From assembly GCA_963696395.1 (NCBI GenBank), contig CAVOJZ010000002.1, forward strand, positions 363,989-427,988: 64,000 nt of DNA. The letters are read 5' to 3'. Each line of letters starts with the position of its first letter. Position 1 is the stretch's first letter. This DNA comes from an uncultured bacterium (lineage in GTDB: Bacteria; Patescibacteriota; Minisyncoccia; UBA6257; 2-01-FULL-56-20). Positions 7,769 through 17,263 of this stretch are shown piece by piece. The notes under the pieces are model-generated. The model saw only the letters and a program-made list of their open reading frames with translations, was not told the DNA's origin and ran no database searches. Both the position numbers and the translations under genes were made by a program.

Positions 7769-10000
7769 TTAATTTTGGATAATGGCGCACGAGCGAGGAA
7801 CATGCAGCGCCGGAGTTCCATCGGGAGCATCCGGTTCGATGACGGTGCTCGTGGCGCCGCTGCCGTCCTCGTCGACCGCAAGGACGGGGGTTGATGTTGT
7901 ATTGCTCACGGTGAGCGTCGCCGTCGATGACGCCGTTGCGAGCGGGACGTTGGAGTAGGTTGTGGATGCCGTGAGATGGGCGCTTGAATCATATTTCTTC
8001 ACTTTCACCTTTGCTTTCGCTGACGATACCGACGATGACGCCTGTTTGATAACTGTCCGGTAGGTGCTTGTTGCGGGCAGAGTGATAAAAGTGTTACCGC
8101 CAATCGTGTCGTAGGAACTGCCCGGGATACCGAGATCGGCGTCGCCGGCGCTGTTTAACCCAACATGATTCCCCGCCTGATCGTACACGTCAACCGTGCC
8201 CGAAGCGGAAACACTGATCTCAACCGTTGCAGGGCGTGCTGCGCCGCGTCCAAGCAGGCAATCTTCGGTATTCATGGAAACGCCGATTGATTCGAGCGAA
8301 AGCGATGAGGTTGCCCCTTGCGTGATCGCCTGGAGCAAAGCGAGTGATTCAGGCGCACGAACAAGACCCTGATGGTCAACTCCGTTTTCGGAATACAGAA
8401 CAAAATAATTCTCATAGCTGTTTGCAAGATTCATCGCCGAATCAACCGGCACGCTGCCGTCGCCATTTGCCCTTGTGATATCGATTGATCCATCGGCATG
8501 CAAAATATATTGCGCGGGCGTGGGATCTTCACAACCAACAATGTTATAGACGCGTGTGCTGCTTGAGCCGGAAGAAGCGCCGAGAACAACTCCGTCGAGC
8601 GGTCCATGAAAAGCGTCGGCTGAGGCGAGCAGGCCGCTATTGCGCGAGTCGGCCGGATCGGCCGTCAACAATGCATTCGTATCGTCGAAGCTTAGTACCT
8701 GCGTTGTGATATTTCCGGCATCGTCGAGGACGTCCCTCGATACATAGCCTCCTTCAACATCCACATATCGCCGGGATGGCAGAAGATCATACACTCCCGG
8801 CATGTTTACCGAAATGGATTTCACCTCGGCAGGATTCAAAAGAGAAAATGGTCCGAAGGTAAAACCAAGATCGTCACCGTATTGAAGCGCTTTAAAAATA
8901 TATGGTGCGCCGAGCTGGGGTGTCCCCACAAAAATGAGTTTGTCCACGAAAGATGTGTCGGACAGGGCGGCGAGATAATCCTTCACGGCCAGACCGCCCA
9001 TGCTATGTGCAATTATGGTTATCTTGCCGCTTGTCGAATGGCCGACGGCATTCTGGATTACCGCGCCGATTGAAGCTGCAGAGCTTGCAATAGAAAGCCG
9101 CCAGTCATATGGCGCCACAAAGAGATCCCGCCCCTCGGTGTAGCCATCATCGGTGAATGTCTTGATGAGATTTCCATAAATCGACTGGCTGAACGGGATC
9201 GGAATTAAAAGCCGATTGTACGTGCCGCTTGCTTCGCGGATGATATCACCCGCGACCATTTCAGTGCCTGGCGATTGCGTGCCGTCAGGCAACAACTTTA
9301 ACGCATCGAGATAATCGTCGCTTCCCGAATTTGCCATGTCGGTCACGTCGGGCCAGAGCTCTTTTCCGGTGACCGCGCTGCCGGGTGCGCCGACCAATTG
9401 CGAACCCATCACGCCGGGCACAATCACAATCGGTTCGTTGTCAAAGCCACTTGCAGTGATGAATGGATAAAAGGCATAGTAGTTTTGGACAAGCCCCGTA
9501 CCATATTCAAAATTGTCGTACATCGCCGTACCGATTCCGGGGGTGCCCATAAGAATAACGCTGCAGTTCTGGCGACTTTCGACGGTATCGAGGCGATAGT
9601 AGTGGTTCGGATCCAGCGGAATCGTGAGATCGGAGAAGGTGCTCTTGCTCACCACACCAATCGTAAAATTGGCATTGCCCGTGATGCTGAACGTATTTAA
9701 AAGCTGAGTGTAGTTTGAATCACCAAACTCCGTGAGCGAAATAATGGACGCGCCGGCATCCGGGCAATCCACCGTGCCTTCGAGCGTGAGCGATGTGATG
9801 GTCCCTGCGAAGCCGCGGCCGAGCTGATACCAATTATCGTCATACCAACTGCCCCGCGATGCCGAAGAGTCGTCGGTCTGCTGAAAAAGCACCTGATCTG
9901 CGCCGGCTGCACGGGCAATTGGAATCGCAACCCTTGCGAGCGTCAGCACCACAATCACGACGACCATCGTCCAGCGATCGAAATAAGAATATGTTGGCAT
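7769..10000 (-). CDS. large secreted/membrane-anchored alpha/beta-hydrolase (lipase/LCAT/PGAP1-like) with Ser/Thr-rich C-terminal region
   Basis: 743 aa. N-terminal hydrophobic anchor, VIVPGVMGSQL, and a GxSxG nucleophile elbow IIAHSMGGLAV. The C-terminal ~90 aa are a low-complexity S/T/A-rich stretch. Confidence 0.5.
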   Translation of the reverse strand: MPTYSYFDRWTMVVVIVVLTLARVAIPIARAAGADQVLFQQTDDSSASRGSWYDDNWYQLGRGFAGTITSLTLEGTVDCPDAGASIISLTEFGDSNYTQLLNTFSITGNANFTIGVVSKSTFSDLTIPLDPNHYYRLDTVESRQNCSVILMGTPGIGTAMYDNFEYGTGLVQNYYAFYPFITASGFDNEPIVIVPGVMGSQLVGAPGSAVTGKELWPDVTDMANSGSDDYLDALKLLPDGTQSPGTEMVAGDIIREASGTYNRLLIPIPFSQSIYGNLIKTFTDDGYTEGRDLFVAPYDWRLSIASSAASIGAVIQNAVGHSTSGKITIIAHSMGGLAVKDYLAALSDTSFVDKLIFVGTPQLGAPYIFKALQYGDDLGFTFGPFSLLNPAEVKSISVNMPGVYDLLPSRRYVDVEGGYVSRDVLDDAGNITTQVLSFDDTNALLTADPADSRNSGLLASADAFHGPLDGVVLGASSGSSSTRVYNIVGCEDPTPAQYILHADGSIDITRANGDGSVPVDSAMNLANSYENYFVLYSENGVDHQGLVRAPESLALLQAITQGATSSLSLESIGVSMNTEDCLLGRGAARPATVEISVSASGTVDVYDQAGNHVGLNSAGDADLGIPGSSYDTIGGNTFITLPATSTYRTVIKQASSSVSSAKAKVKVKKYDSSAHLTASTTYSNVPLATASSTATLTVSNTTSTPVLAVDEDGSGATSTVIEPDAPDGTPALHVPRSCAIIQN

Positions 10001-10043
10001 CCGAAAACCATAGCAAGCTGCACATTAAGAGAATATTAAAAAC

Positions 10044-10052
10044 TGATATAAT
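10044..10052 (+). promoter_or_regulatory. extended -10 element (TGATATAAT) 9 nt upstream of the wzx-1 ATG; leaderless-type promoter candidate
   Basis: Exact TGnTATAAT. There is no room for a Shine-Dalgarno sequence before the ATG at 10062. Confidence 0.35.
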
Positions 10053-10061
10053 GCTATCGTA

Positions 10062-11543
10062 ATGCTTAATCGCCTGAAGTCTTTTCTTTTCAAGAACGAT
10101 ACGTCAAAGCAGACCGTTGCAAAAAATACAATCTGGTTGACCATCTCAAATTTTGGTGGACGCCTCATCAAAGCGGGCGTCATTGTCTATGGCGCGCGGG
10201 TTCTCGGTACCTCCAATTGGGGTGTTTTTTCGTATGCCATAACGCTCGCCGGCTTCCTCACGCTTTTTATGGATCCGGGGCTCAACAATATCATCATGCG
10301 TGAAATCGGAAAGGCCGACGACGAAAAGCGACGCACTATTTTCTCCACCACTTTCGCCATGAAAATGGTCTTGCTGGTCGCGGGCGTCTGCGTTGTCATT
10401 TTCATCGCCCCGTTTTTCTCAACGCTTCCCGGCGCAAAAGCGCTTTTGCCGATCGTTGCCATAATCCTTGGCCTCGATACAGTGCGCGAATTTCTCACGT
10501 CGTATGCACGCGGCATGGAGCGCATGGAATTTGACGCGGCAATATTCCTCCTTACCAATTTCGGCATCCTTGTCTTCGGGTTTATCTTCCTCGCCATGGC
10601 GCGGACTCCGTCCGCTCTTGCCTGGGCTTATGTCGGCGGTGATATTCTCGGCATCGCCCTCGCCGTTTTCATCGTCAGCACGTTCTTTAAGAGAATGCGG
10701 GAATATTTTTCGGCATCACTCATCGTGCCGATCCTTCAATCCGCATGGCCTTTTGCCGTGACGAGCGCGCTCGCTCTTCTTCTCACCAACACCGATATCC
10801 TGATCATCAGCTGGATAAAAACCGCCTCGGATGTCGGCATCTATGCATCCGCAATCCGTGTCTTGCAGGTGCTCTATCTCATCCCAACCGTTTTCCAATT
10901 CAGCACCCTGCCGCTCTTTGCGCGGTTCGCAAATAAAGACAATGTAAAGTTCCGCGCGGCGCTGGAGCAGACCGTCGGCCTCATATTCCTCGCTTCAATC
11001 CCCCTCGCCGTCGGCGGCGTGATCGTGGGCACAAGCCTCATGAGCTTCATTTTCGGCGCCGCCTATGCGGCAGGCGGAACATCGTTCAAGATACTCGCCA
11101 TCGGCCTCATGTTCGATTTCCCGGCGGTCGTGATAAGTTCCGCAATATTTGCCTACGACAAACAGCGCAGCCTCATTATCGCTTCCGCGATCGCCGGAGC
11201 GATGAACGTGGTGTTCGACATTATCCTTATTCCCCACTGGGGCATCAATGGATCGTCCGCGGCGACGCTCCTCGCTCAAATTGCCAGCAACTGGTATCTC
11301 TGGCACATGATGAAAAAAATAAATTACTTTGAAGTGTTGCCTTCGCTCAAAAAAATCATCGCCGCGAGCGTTGTCATGGGCGTGGCAACCTTCGCACTCG
11401 CCTATCTCCACGTTAATGTTGCTCTCACCATCATAGCCGGTGCGATCGTATACTTTGCCATGCTGCGATTGCTCCGCGAACCCTTGCTCATTGAAATCAA
11501 GCGCGTGATTACGCGAGCTGAAAGAGCCGAGGTGGTGGCATAG
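10062..11543 (+). CDS. wzx: Wzx-type polysaccharide/O-antigen flippase (MOP superfamily), copy 1
   Basis: 493 aa, about 12-14 TM segments, with the typical Wzx architecture and size. It is a paralog of 24144-25607. Confidence 0.65.
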   Translation: MLNRLKSFLFKNDTSKQTVAKNTIWLTISNFGGRLIKAGVIVYGARVLGTSNWGVFSYAITLAGFLTLFMDPGLNNIIMREIGKADDEKRRTIFSTTFAMKMVLLVAGVCVVIFIAPFFSTLPGAKALLPIVAIILGLDTVREFLTSYARGMERMEFDAAIFLLTNFGILVFGFIFLAMARTPSALAWAYVGGDILGIALAVFIVSTFFKRMREYFSASLIVPILQSAWPFAVTSALALLLTNTDILIISWIKTASDVGIYASAIRVLQVLYLIPTVFQFSTLPLFARFANKDNVKFRAALEQTVGLIFLASIPLAVGGVIVGTSLMSFIFGAAYAAGGTSFKILAIGLMFDFPAVVISSAIFAYDKQRSLIIASAIAGAMNVVFDIILIPHWGINGSSAATLLAQIASNWYLWHMMKKINYFEVLPSLKKIIAASVVMGVATFALAYLHVNVALTIIAGAIVYFAMLRLLREPLLIEIKRVITRAERAEVVA

Positions 11544-11570
11544 AAAATTGGAGCCAGACACAGGTCGCTT

Positions 11571-12413
11571 CTAGGCTCCGGAAAACAATCCACGCTTCAC
11601 TCGGGAGAGCGTCGCATGCAAAACTTTCTGTGTCCCTTGCGGCAGAAAGCTGTACACATATTGTGCGTAGTTCAACATATAGGCCGCCGTAAAATGCGGA
11701 TACTCGCGGCGATGCGTTTTAATCACCTGCAAGATATCCCGGGACTGTGATTTTTTAAAAATAAAAGTTTTGCTTTTTTCGGTCAGAAGATACCGCACGA
11801 AATATTTTTGGAAATTATAAAACTTTCCGCGGAGGCCCATCCGAAGCCACAAATCCCAATCTTCCACGTTGCCAAAATTGCCGTAGCCGCCGGCGGCAAG
11901 CGCAAAGTCGCGGCGGAACATCACCGTCGAGTGCGTAAATGGATTCGCAAAAAGCGCCTTGTCGCGGATCGCCTCGTCCGTTTCCAGTTTGAAGTAGCGG
12001 AATCGCTCGCTGTCATTTTCATCAATCACGATCGTTCCCCCGCCAACGAGAACATGCTCGGGATGCGATTCCAAGAAATTCACCTGCAGGGAAAGCTTTT
12101 CGTTGTCGCACCAATAGTCGTCATCATCAAGCCGGGCGATATAAGCGCCTCGCGCGGCGGACATGCCGTTGTTGAGATTCTTCGAGATGTCGGGATAGTT
12201 ATTTTTTTCGTTATGGATAGGGCGGATGCGGCTATCCTTGGCGGCGGCGTCATCGAGAAACGTCTTCGTGCCGTCGGTTGAAGCGTCGTTGATCACGACG
12301 AGTTCCCAATCGGTGAACGTTTGCTTCTGTACGCTCTGAATTGCCCGCGCAAGCAGATGCACACGATTCCACGTGGGCATGAGAACGGTTAGTTTAGGGG
12401 CGTTGGAAGACAT
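11571..12413 (-). CDS. glycosyltransferase family 2
   Basis: LTVLMPTWNRVHLL...LVVINDASTDGT...ARLDDDDYW. The start is set to the internal ATG at 12413, 1 nt after the upstream gene's stop. Confidence 0.7.
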   Translation of the reverse strand: MSSNAPKLTVLMPTWNRVHLLARAIQSVQKQTFTDWELVVINDASTDGTKTFLDDAAAKDSRIRPIHNEKNNYPDISKNLNNGMSAARGAYIARLDDDDYWCDNEKLSLQVNFLESHPEHVLVGGGTIVIDENDSERFRYFKLETDEAIRDKALFANPFTHSTVMFRRDFALAAGGYGNFGNVEDWDLWLRMGLRGKFYNFQKYFVRYLLTEKSKTFIFKKSQSRDILQVIKTHRREYPHFTAAYMLNYAQYVYSFLPQGTQKVLHATLSRVKRGLFSGA

Positions 12414-12414
12414 G

Positions 12415-13272
12415 TTATTTTTGAAAGCGTTTGCTTTGCAGCCACAGCCTGAATCTGTCGAATATGGGAAATTTTGAAGAGAATATGGAATACCAGAGCT
12501 TGAGCCGATGATACCAGACAATGCGATTTAAATGATACTTCCGACTGTCGGCCGCCGGCATCCGCTCGCTAAGGTCGGTAAAAATCTTGAGCATGGCGCG
12601 GCGTTCGGGCAGCAGTGCGCCTGCCGCGCGCGAAAGGCTGCTTGGCGTCATACGGTACTTGGCGAGCTGCTCCGGCAGATAACAAAACTTCGCGCCACCG
12701 TAGGAAATGCGCAGCCAAAATTCCCAGTCTTCAGCCCGCTGTCGCGAGGGGTCAAACGTTCCGAACCGGTTCACCACGGATCGCCGCAACATCACGGCGA
12801 GCGGATTGATGAAGTTGCGTTTGAGGAGATGCGGGAACACTTCGGCGCCGGAGAAATGCCACGTCTGGAGGGTAAGAAGATTATCCGGAGCGGAATCGTA
12901 AAAATGATAGAGGGAGGAATAACAGATATCGCATTCCGGATGTGCTTCGAGATACGCAACCTGTCGCTCCACTTTATTGGGAAGCAAAAGATCGTCCGCA
13001 TCGAGAAACGTTATATATTCCCCGCGGGAATGTTCGATACACATTTTCCGCGCTCCTCCTATACCAATGTTATTCTGCACCGACAAAGCGACGATACGAT
13101 TTCCATAGCTCGCTATGATTTCCGCCGTCTTGTCGTGAGAGCCGTTATTCAAAACGACGATCTCGATGTTTGGATAGGTTTGCGAAAGTGCAGAGTCGAG
13201 TGCCGCCGCCAAATACGGCTCCGCGTTGTAAGCCGATATAACGATCGAAGCGAGCGGCTTATTTTGATCCAT
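12415..13272 (-). CDS. glycosyltransferase family 2
   Basis: ASIVISAYNAEPYL...IVVLNNGSHDKT...FLDADDLL. The start is set to the internal ATG at 13272. Confidence 0.7.
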   Translation of the reverse strand: MDQNKPLASIVISAYNAEPYLAAALDSALSQTYPNIEIVVLNNGSHDKTAEIIASYGNRIVALSVQNNIGIGGARKMCIEHSRGEYITFLDADDLLLPNKVERQVAYLEAHPECDICYSSLYHFYDSAPDNLLTLQTWHFSGAEVFPHLLKRNFINPLAVMLRRSVVNRFGTFDPSRQRAEDWEFWLRISYGGAKFCYLPEQLAKYRMTPSSLSRAAGALLPERRAMLKIFTDLSERMPAADSRKYHLNRIVWYHRLKLWYSIFSSKFPIFDRFRLWLQSKRFQK

Positions 13273-14332
13273 GTTTCCAATACTCAGCCGTGAGCCAATG
13301 GACATATTCGCGAACCGAATCCTCCGGCGTATAACGCGGCTGCCAGTGGAGCAGTTTTTTGATTTTCGAAATGTCCGAAACGGCGTGGCGCGTATCGGTG
13401 CGGCGATAGCCCTTCCTCACGATCGGGGACGGCGACTTCGTAATCCGTTTTATCATTTCGGCGAGATCGCGCACGAGATATGCCTTGCCGCCGCCGACAT
13501 TGAAGGTCTCGTAGTTTGCCTTCCTGCTCGTGAGCGCCAAAACATTCGCCCGCACAACATCGTGCACGTTCACGAAGTCCCTCATTTGATTGCCGTCCTC
13601 ATAGCCGGCAATCGGTTCCCCTTTCAGAGCCTCGATCGCGAACATCCGCAGTGCGCCGGAATACATGTTGCGGGGCGAGTGCCGTGAACCTTGCACGATG
13701 GAGTACCGGAGGACGACATACGGAATGTCGTATGTTTTTCCAAAGCGATGCGCCAGGCGCTCGATGGCTTCTTTTGAAAGGCCGTAGGCGTTCGTCGGCG
13801 TGAGCTGTTGCGATTCCTTGAATGGATGGAATATCGCCGGTTTCCCGTGCGGGCACAGGATATCGAATTGCCCGGCTTTCAATTGTTTTTCGCTCCGCAG
13901 TTCCGGGAAGAACCGCTTGCCCGTGTGCGGACATTCGTATTCACCGTCGCCATAGGTGAATTGCGTGCTCGCAAAAATGATTTTCTTTATGGGAAGTTTT
14001 TTATCAACGATGAGTTCAAAAATCATCGCGGAGCTCACCGTGTTCGTCGAGAAAAATTTTCCGAAGTCGGGGCGCTGGTCCTGATACGTTGCAAAATGAT
14101 ATATGTATGACACGCCTTTTAAGGCTTTCGCGAGGTCCTCCTTCTTGCGCACATCGCCGCGCATGAGCTCAAAGCCTTTATTTTTCAGATAGCCTGGCCA
14201 TGTGCCGTCGTGCACCGGCGGCTCGAGGTTGTCCATGATGCGCACCTTATATCCTTTTTTGGCAAGCGCGTCGGCGGTGTGACTGCCAATGAAGCCGGCG
14301 CCTCCCGTGATTAATACGATTTCTTTAGGCAT
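13259..14332 (-). CDS. NAD-dependent epimerase/dehydratase with Cys-rich insertion
   Basis: IVLITGGAGFIGSH, a YxxxK motif (YGLSK), and an inserted CPHTGKRF...CPHGK segment. Confidence 0.6.
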   Translation of the reverse strand: MPKEIVLITGGAGFIGSHTADALAKKGYKVRIMDNLEPPVHDGTWPGYLKNKGFELMRGDVRKKEDLAKALKGVSYIYHFATYQDQRPDFGKFFSTNTVSSAMIFELIVDKKLPIKKIIFASTQFTYGDGEYECPHTGKRFFPELRSEKQLKAGQFDILCPHGKPAIFHPFKESQQLTPTNAYGLSKEAIERLAHRFGKTYDIPYVVLRYSIVQGSRHSPRNMYSGALRMFAIEALKGEPIAGYEDGNQMRDFVNVHDVVRANVLALTSRKANYETFNVGGGKAYLVRDLAEMIKRITKSPSPIVRKGYRRTDTRHAVSDISKIKKLLHWQPRYTPEDSVREYVHWLTAEYWKHGSK

Positions 14333-14345
14333 GGTTTGATTGGGT

Positions 14346-15251
14346 TTATTGACCCTTATCTACATAGCATACAAAATCTTCCTCCGCTTCGGTATGGAGC
14401 TCGCAAATGTACTCCGGGCAGATGGACTTGAGGATTGCCGGCAATTCGGTTTTGTCTCCCGGCGCGTGATAGGCCGACATCGCAATCACGGGCTTCCACC
14501 GCGCAATCGTTTCGCGCGCACCGTTCAGGATTTTCGCTTCATATCCTTCGGTATCCATTTTGATGAAATCAACCCGCGAAATATTATTTCGTTTCACGAG
14601 CGCATCGATGGTCGTAAGCGTCACGATCTCTTTGATAATCTCTCCAAGCTTTGGGTCGTGGGGCGTCAGACTCGAACCGTCTATGCGGGCGGTACCAAGC
14701 TGATCACGATACTTCTCCATCGCTTTCATTTCCTCCGCATCACCCAGGCCGTCATTCACACAGACCACCTGAGGATAATGTTCGACATTTTTTTTGAGAA
14801 TTGTGAATGTTTCCGCAGACGGTTCGACTGCATAAATTTTTGCCGCAGGAAAATCGTGGGCAACTTTTATGCTGAACGTTCCGATGTTTGCGCCGGCATC
14901 AATCACGACGTCGCCGTCTTTTATGAACCGCTTCGCGTCGTATTGATCGCGCACGATGACCTGTTCTATAAGAATGAGCGATTCGCCATATAGCGGGCCG
15001 TAAAATGGATGGCCGTATATCGTCATAGACCCATCGGCATTTGCAAATTTGCGCTTCACGCTTTCAGCCTGGTACTCGTTAAAAAATATCTGGAATCTCG
15101 CGCCGACCTCAGCGCTCTTCATGCCGCCCGGGAGCATGATGCCCACGAATTCGGAAAAGCTGAATTTCCCGCGCAACAGTCCGATGAATGCGACATATCG
15201 ATAAAAAAGTTTCGGGGATATTTTGAGATAGGGATGCTGCAGGATGTCCAT
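14346..15251 (-). CDS. FkbM-family SAM-dependent methyltransferase
   Basis: VIDAGANIGTFSI and FIKMDTEGYE are characteristic FkbM methyltransferase motifs. Confidence 0.7.
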   Translation of the reverse strand: MDILQHPYLKISPKLFYRYVAFIGLLRGKFSFSEFVGIMLPGGMKSAEVGARFQIFFNEYQAESVKRKFANADGSMTIYGHPFYGPLYGESLILIEQVIVRDQYDAKRFIKDGDVVIDAGANIGTFSIKVAHDFPAAKIYAVEPSAETFTILKKNVEHYPQVVCVNDGLGDAEEMKAMEKYRDQLGTARIDGSSLTPHDPKLGEIIKEIVTLTTIDALVKRNNISRVDFIKMDTEGYEAKILNGARETIARWKPVIAMSAYHAPGDKTELPAILKSICPEYICELHTEAEEDFVCYVDKGQ

Positions 15252-15275
15252 CGGTATAGTCAGGTGATAATTATG

Positions 15276-16193
15276 TTATTGAAGATATATCTTCGGATCA
15301 ATATCCGCGGCGGCTGCATTCGCTTCCAGCTGGACGATATTTTTGGAACCAACGATGACACTCGTAATGGTTGGGTTCGCAAGGCACCAGCCAAGCGCCC
15401 ACTGCGCCATATCCATTCCCGGCGGAACTTCCGTGCGCTTTATTTCCTCAACCCGCCGCAGACGCTCGTCGTTGAATCCCGGAGCCGCACCGGCACGGAT
15501 GTCCCCCGCCGCAAATGTCGTCCCCGGAGCATAGCGACCGCTCAGAAACCCCCTCGATAGCGGAATACGTGCCAACACGCCGAAGCCGTGTGCTTCGCAG
15601 AAAGGAAGAACAACGCTTTCTGCCTCACGGCTAAGACGATTATACACCACCTGCATCACATCCGCTTTTATTGCGGCTGCGGCTTCAAGCTGATGAATGT
15701 CGCCTTTCACGGTAAGGTCTCCCGAAAGCGAAATGCCGAGATGGCGGATTTTTCCGAGTGTGACCTGCCGGGCAAGCATCTCCCACAATGCATCGTTATC
15801 GAAAACCGCATTCGGTCCTGAATGGAATTGATAGATGTCGACATACTCGGTGCCGAGCGCGCGAAGCGATGCCTCGAGCTGCTGCTCAACGTCGCGGGCA
15901 CTCCATGCGTCGTCTTTTTTGAACGACTCGTGCGAAACGTGGCCGAACTTGGTGGCAATGATCCATTTGTCGCGCCTGCCTCGCGTTGCCTGGCCGATCA
16001 TCGATTCCACGCCATGGTCGCCATAGCATTCGGCCGTATCGATCACGTTTATGCCAAGTTCGCCTGCACGATGGACAATGCGTTCGACGTCGCGCGGCGA
16101 ATATGCAACGCCCCACTCACCGGAAAATTGGTGTGTGCCGAGCGCGATGACCGATGCCTCTATGCCGGTCGTGCCGAGCCGTCGGTATTTCAT
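15276..16193 (-). CDS. aldo/keto reductase
   Basis: MKYRRLGTTGIEASVIALGT...INVIDTAECYGDH is the AKR N-terminal signature. Its start overlaps the upstream stop at 16193. Confidence 0.75.
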   Translation of the reverse strand: MKYRRLGTTGIEASVIALGTHQFSGEWGVAYSPRDVERIVHRAGELGINVIDTAECYGDHGVESMIGQATRGRRDKWIIATKFGHVSHESFKKDDAWSARDVEQQLEASLRALGTEYVDIYQFHSGPNAVFDNDALWEMLARQVTLGKIRHLGISLSGDLTVKGDIHQLEAAAAIKADVMQVVYNRLSREAESVVLPFCEAHGFGVLARIPLSRGFLSGRYAPGTTFAAGDIRAGAAPGFNDERLRRVEEIKRTEVPPGMDMAQWALGWCLANPTITSVIVGSKNIVQLEANAAAADIDPKIYLQ

Positions 16194-17263
16194 TATGGGT
16201 AAGGCTTGAGCCAGCGGAGATCGTCCGAGAGATAATGCCTTGAGTAAAGATCGGCGATGGTCTTGAGGCGATAGAATTTCGGGTCTTTGAATTGCTCTTC
16301 GGAAAGATGCATCTCGCTGAACTTTTCGGTCATTTGCTCAATACCCTTCTCAATCGGCCATTGTGCGCTGTATCCCGGGAAAATCTTTTTTATCTTTTCG
16401 AACGAAACCTGATAGGTGCGGGTGTCCTTGGCATTTGCGATGGTGGGGTTCTTCAGCAACGCTTCCGCGCTCGCGTCTTCGGTGAGAAGCTTAACTTCCG
16501 ATCCCGGAATCCGCCCTGTAACCATGCGCGCGATATCGATGATCTTCATGTTGTTCTTTTCGTCCCCGGCATTCACAATGAGCAAGCCGCCCTTCCAATC
16601 CGACTCAACGGCACATCGCGCCGCCTGAGCCATATCCAGAACGTGAATGTTCGGCCTCCACGCGCTGCCGTCGGAGTTGAGCACTATTTTTTTCGTCGTG
16701 ATCGCCATCCCGACAAACATGTTAATGACGATGTCGAAACGCATCCGCGGTGACAGGCCGAATGCCGTTGCAAACCGCAACGCGACCGGCGAAAAATCCT
16801 TGTCGGCGAGCTCCCGCAGGTCCTGTTCGATCTGGAACTTGTTCATCGCGTATGCCGTCTGCGGCGCCGTAGGAGATTCTTCGCTCAATGCTTCATCGCC
16901 GCCCTTGCCGTACACGGAACAACTGGAAGCAAAGACGAATTTCACGCCAAGCTTTTTACACATCGTTGCGATGGTGCGGGCATAGGCTCGGGTTGGGTCG
17001 TATATTTTTGCGGCATCGAGATTGCTGAAGGGATCATTCGAAATGCCGGCGAGATGCACGACGGCGTAGACACCCTCCAGATCCTTTTCGGTCATGTCGC
17101 GGGCATCCCGCATGATGGTTTCAACCGCTTTCGGCGGAAAAAGAATGCTGTCGCGGAAAAATCCCGTGTCGAACCCCACGACATCGTAACCATGTTCGGC
17201 AAAATATTCCGTGAACACGGAACCGAGATATCCAAGAGAGCCGGTGATTAATATTTTTTTCAT
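16193..17263 (-). CDS. NAD-dependent epimerase/dehydratase family (possible NDP-4-keto-6-deoxy-sugar reductase), paralog A
   Basis: MKKILITGSLGYLGS and a YxxxK motif (YAMNK). It shares the C-terminal ...TEEQF...RLK motif with the 23016-24053 product. Confidence 0.6.
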   Translation of the reverse strand: MKKILITGSLGYLGSVFTEYFAEHGYDVVGFDTGFFRDSILFPPKAVETIMRDARDMTEKDLEGVYAVVHLAGISNDPFSNLDAAKIYDPTRAYARTIATMCKKLGVKFVFASSCSVYGKGGDEALSEESPTAPQTAYAMNKFQIEQDLRELADKDFSPVALRFATAFGLSPRMRFDIVINMFVGMAITTKKIVLNSDGSAWRPNIHVLDMAQAARCAVESDWKGGLLIVNAGDEKNNMKIIDIARMVTGRIPGSEVKLLTEDASAEALLKNPTIANAKDTRTYQVSFEKIKKIFPGYSAQWPIEKGIEQMTEKFSEMHLSEEQFKDPKFYRLKTIADLYSRHYLSDDLRWLKPYP

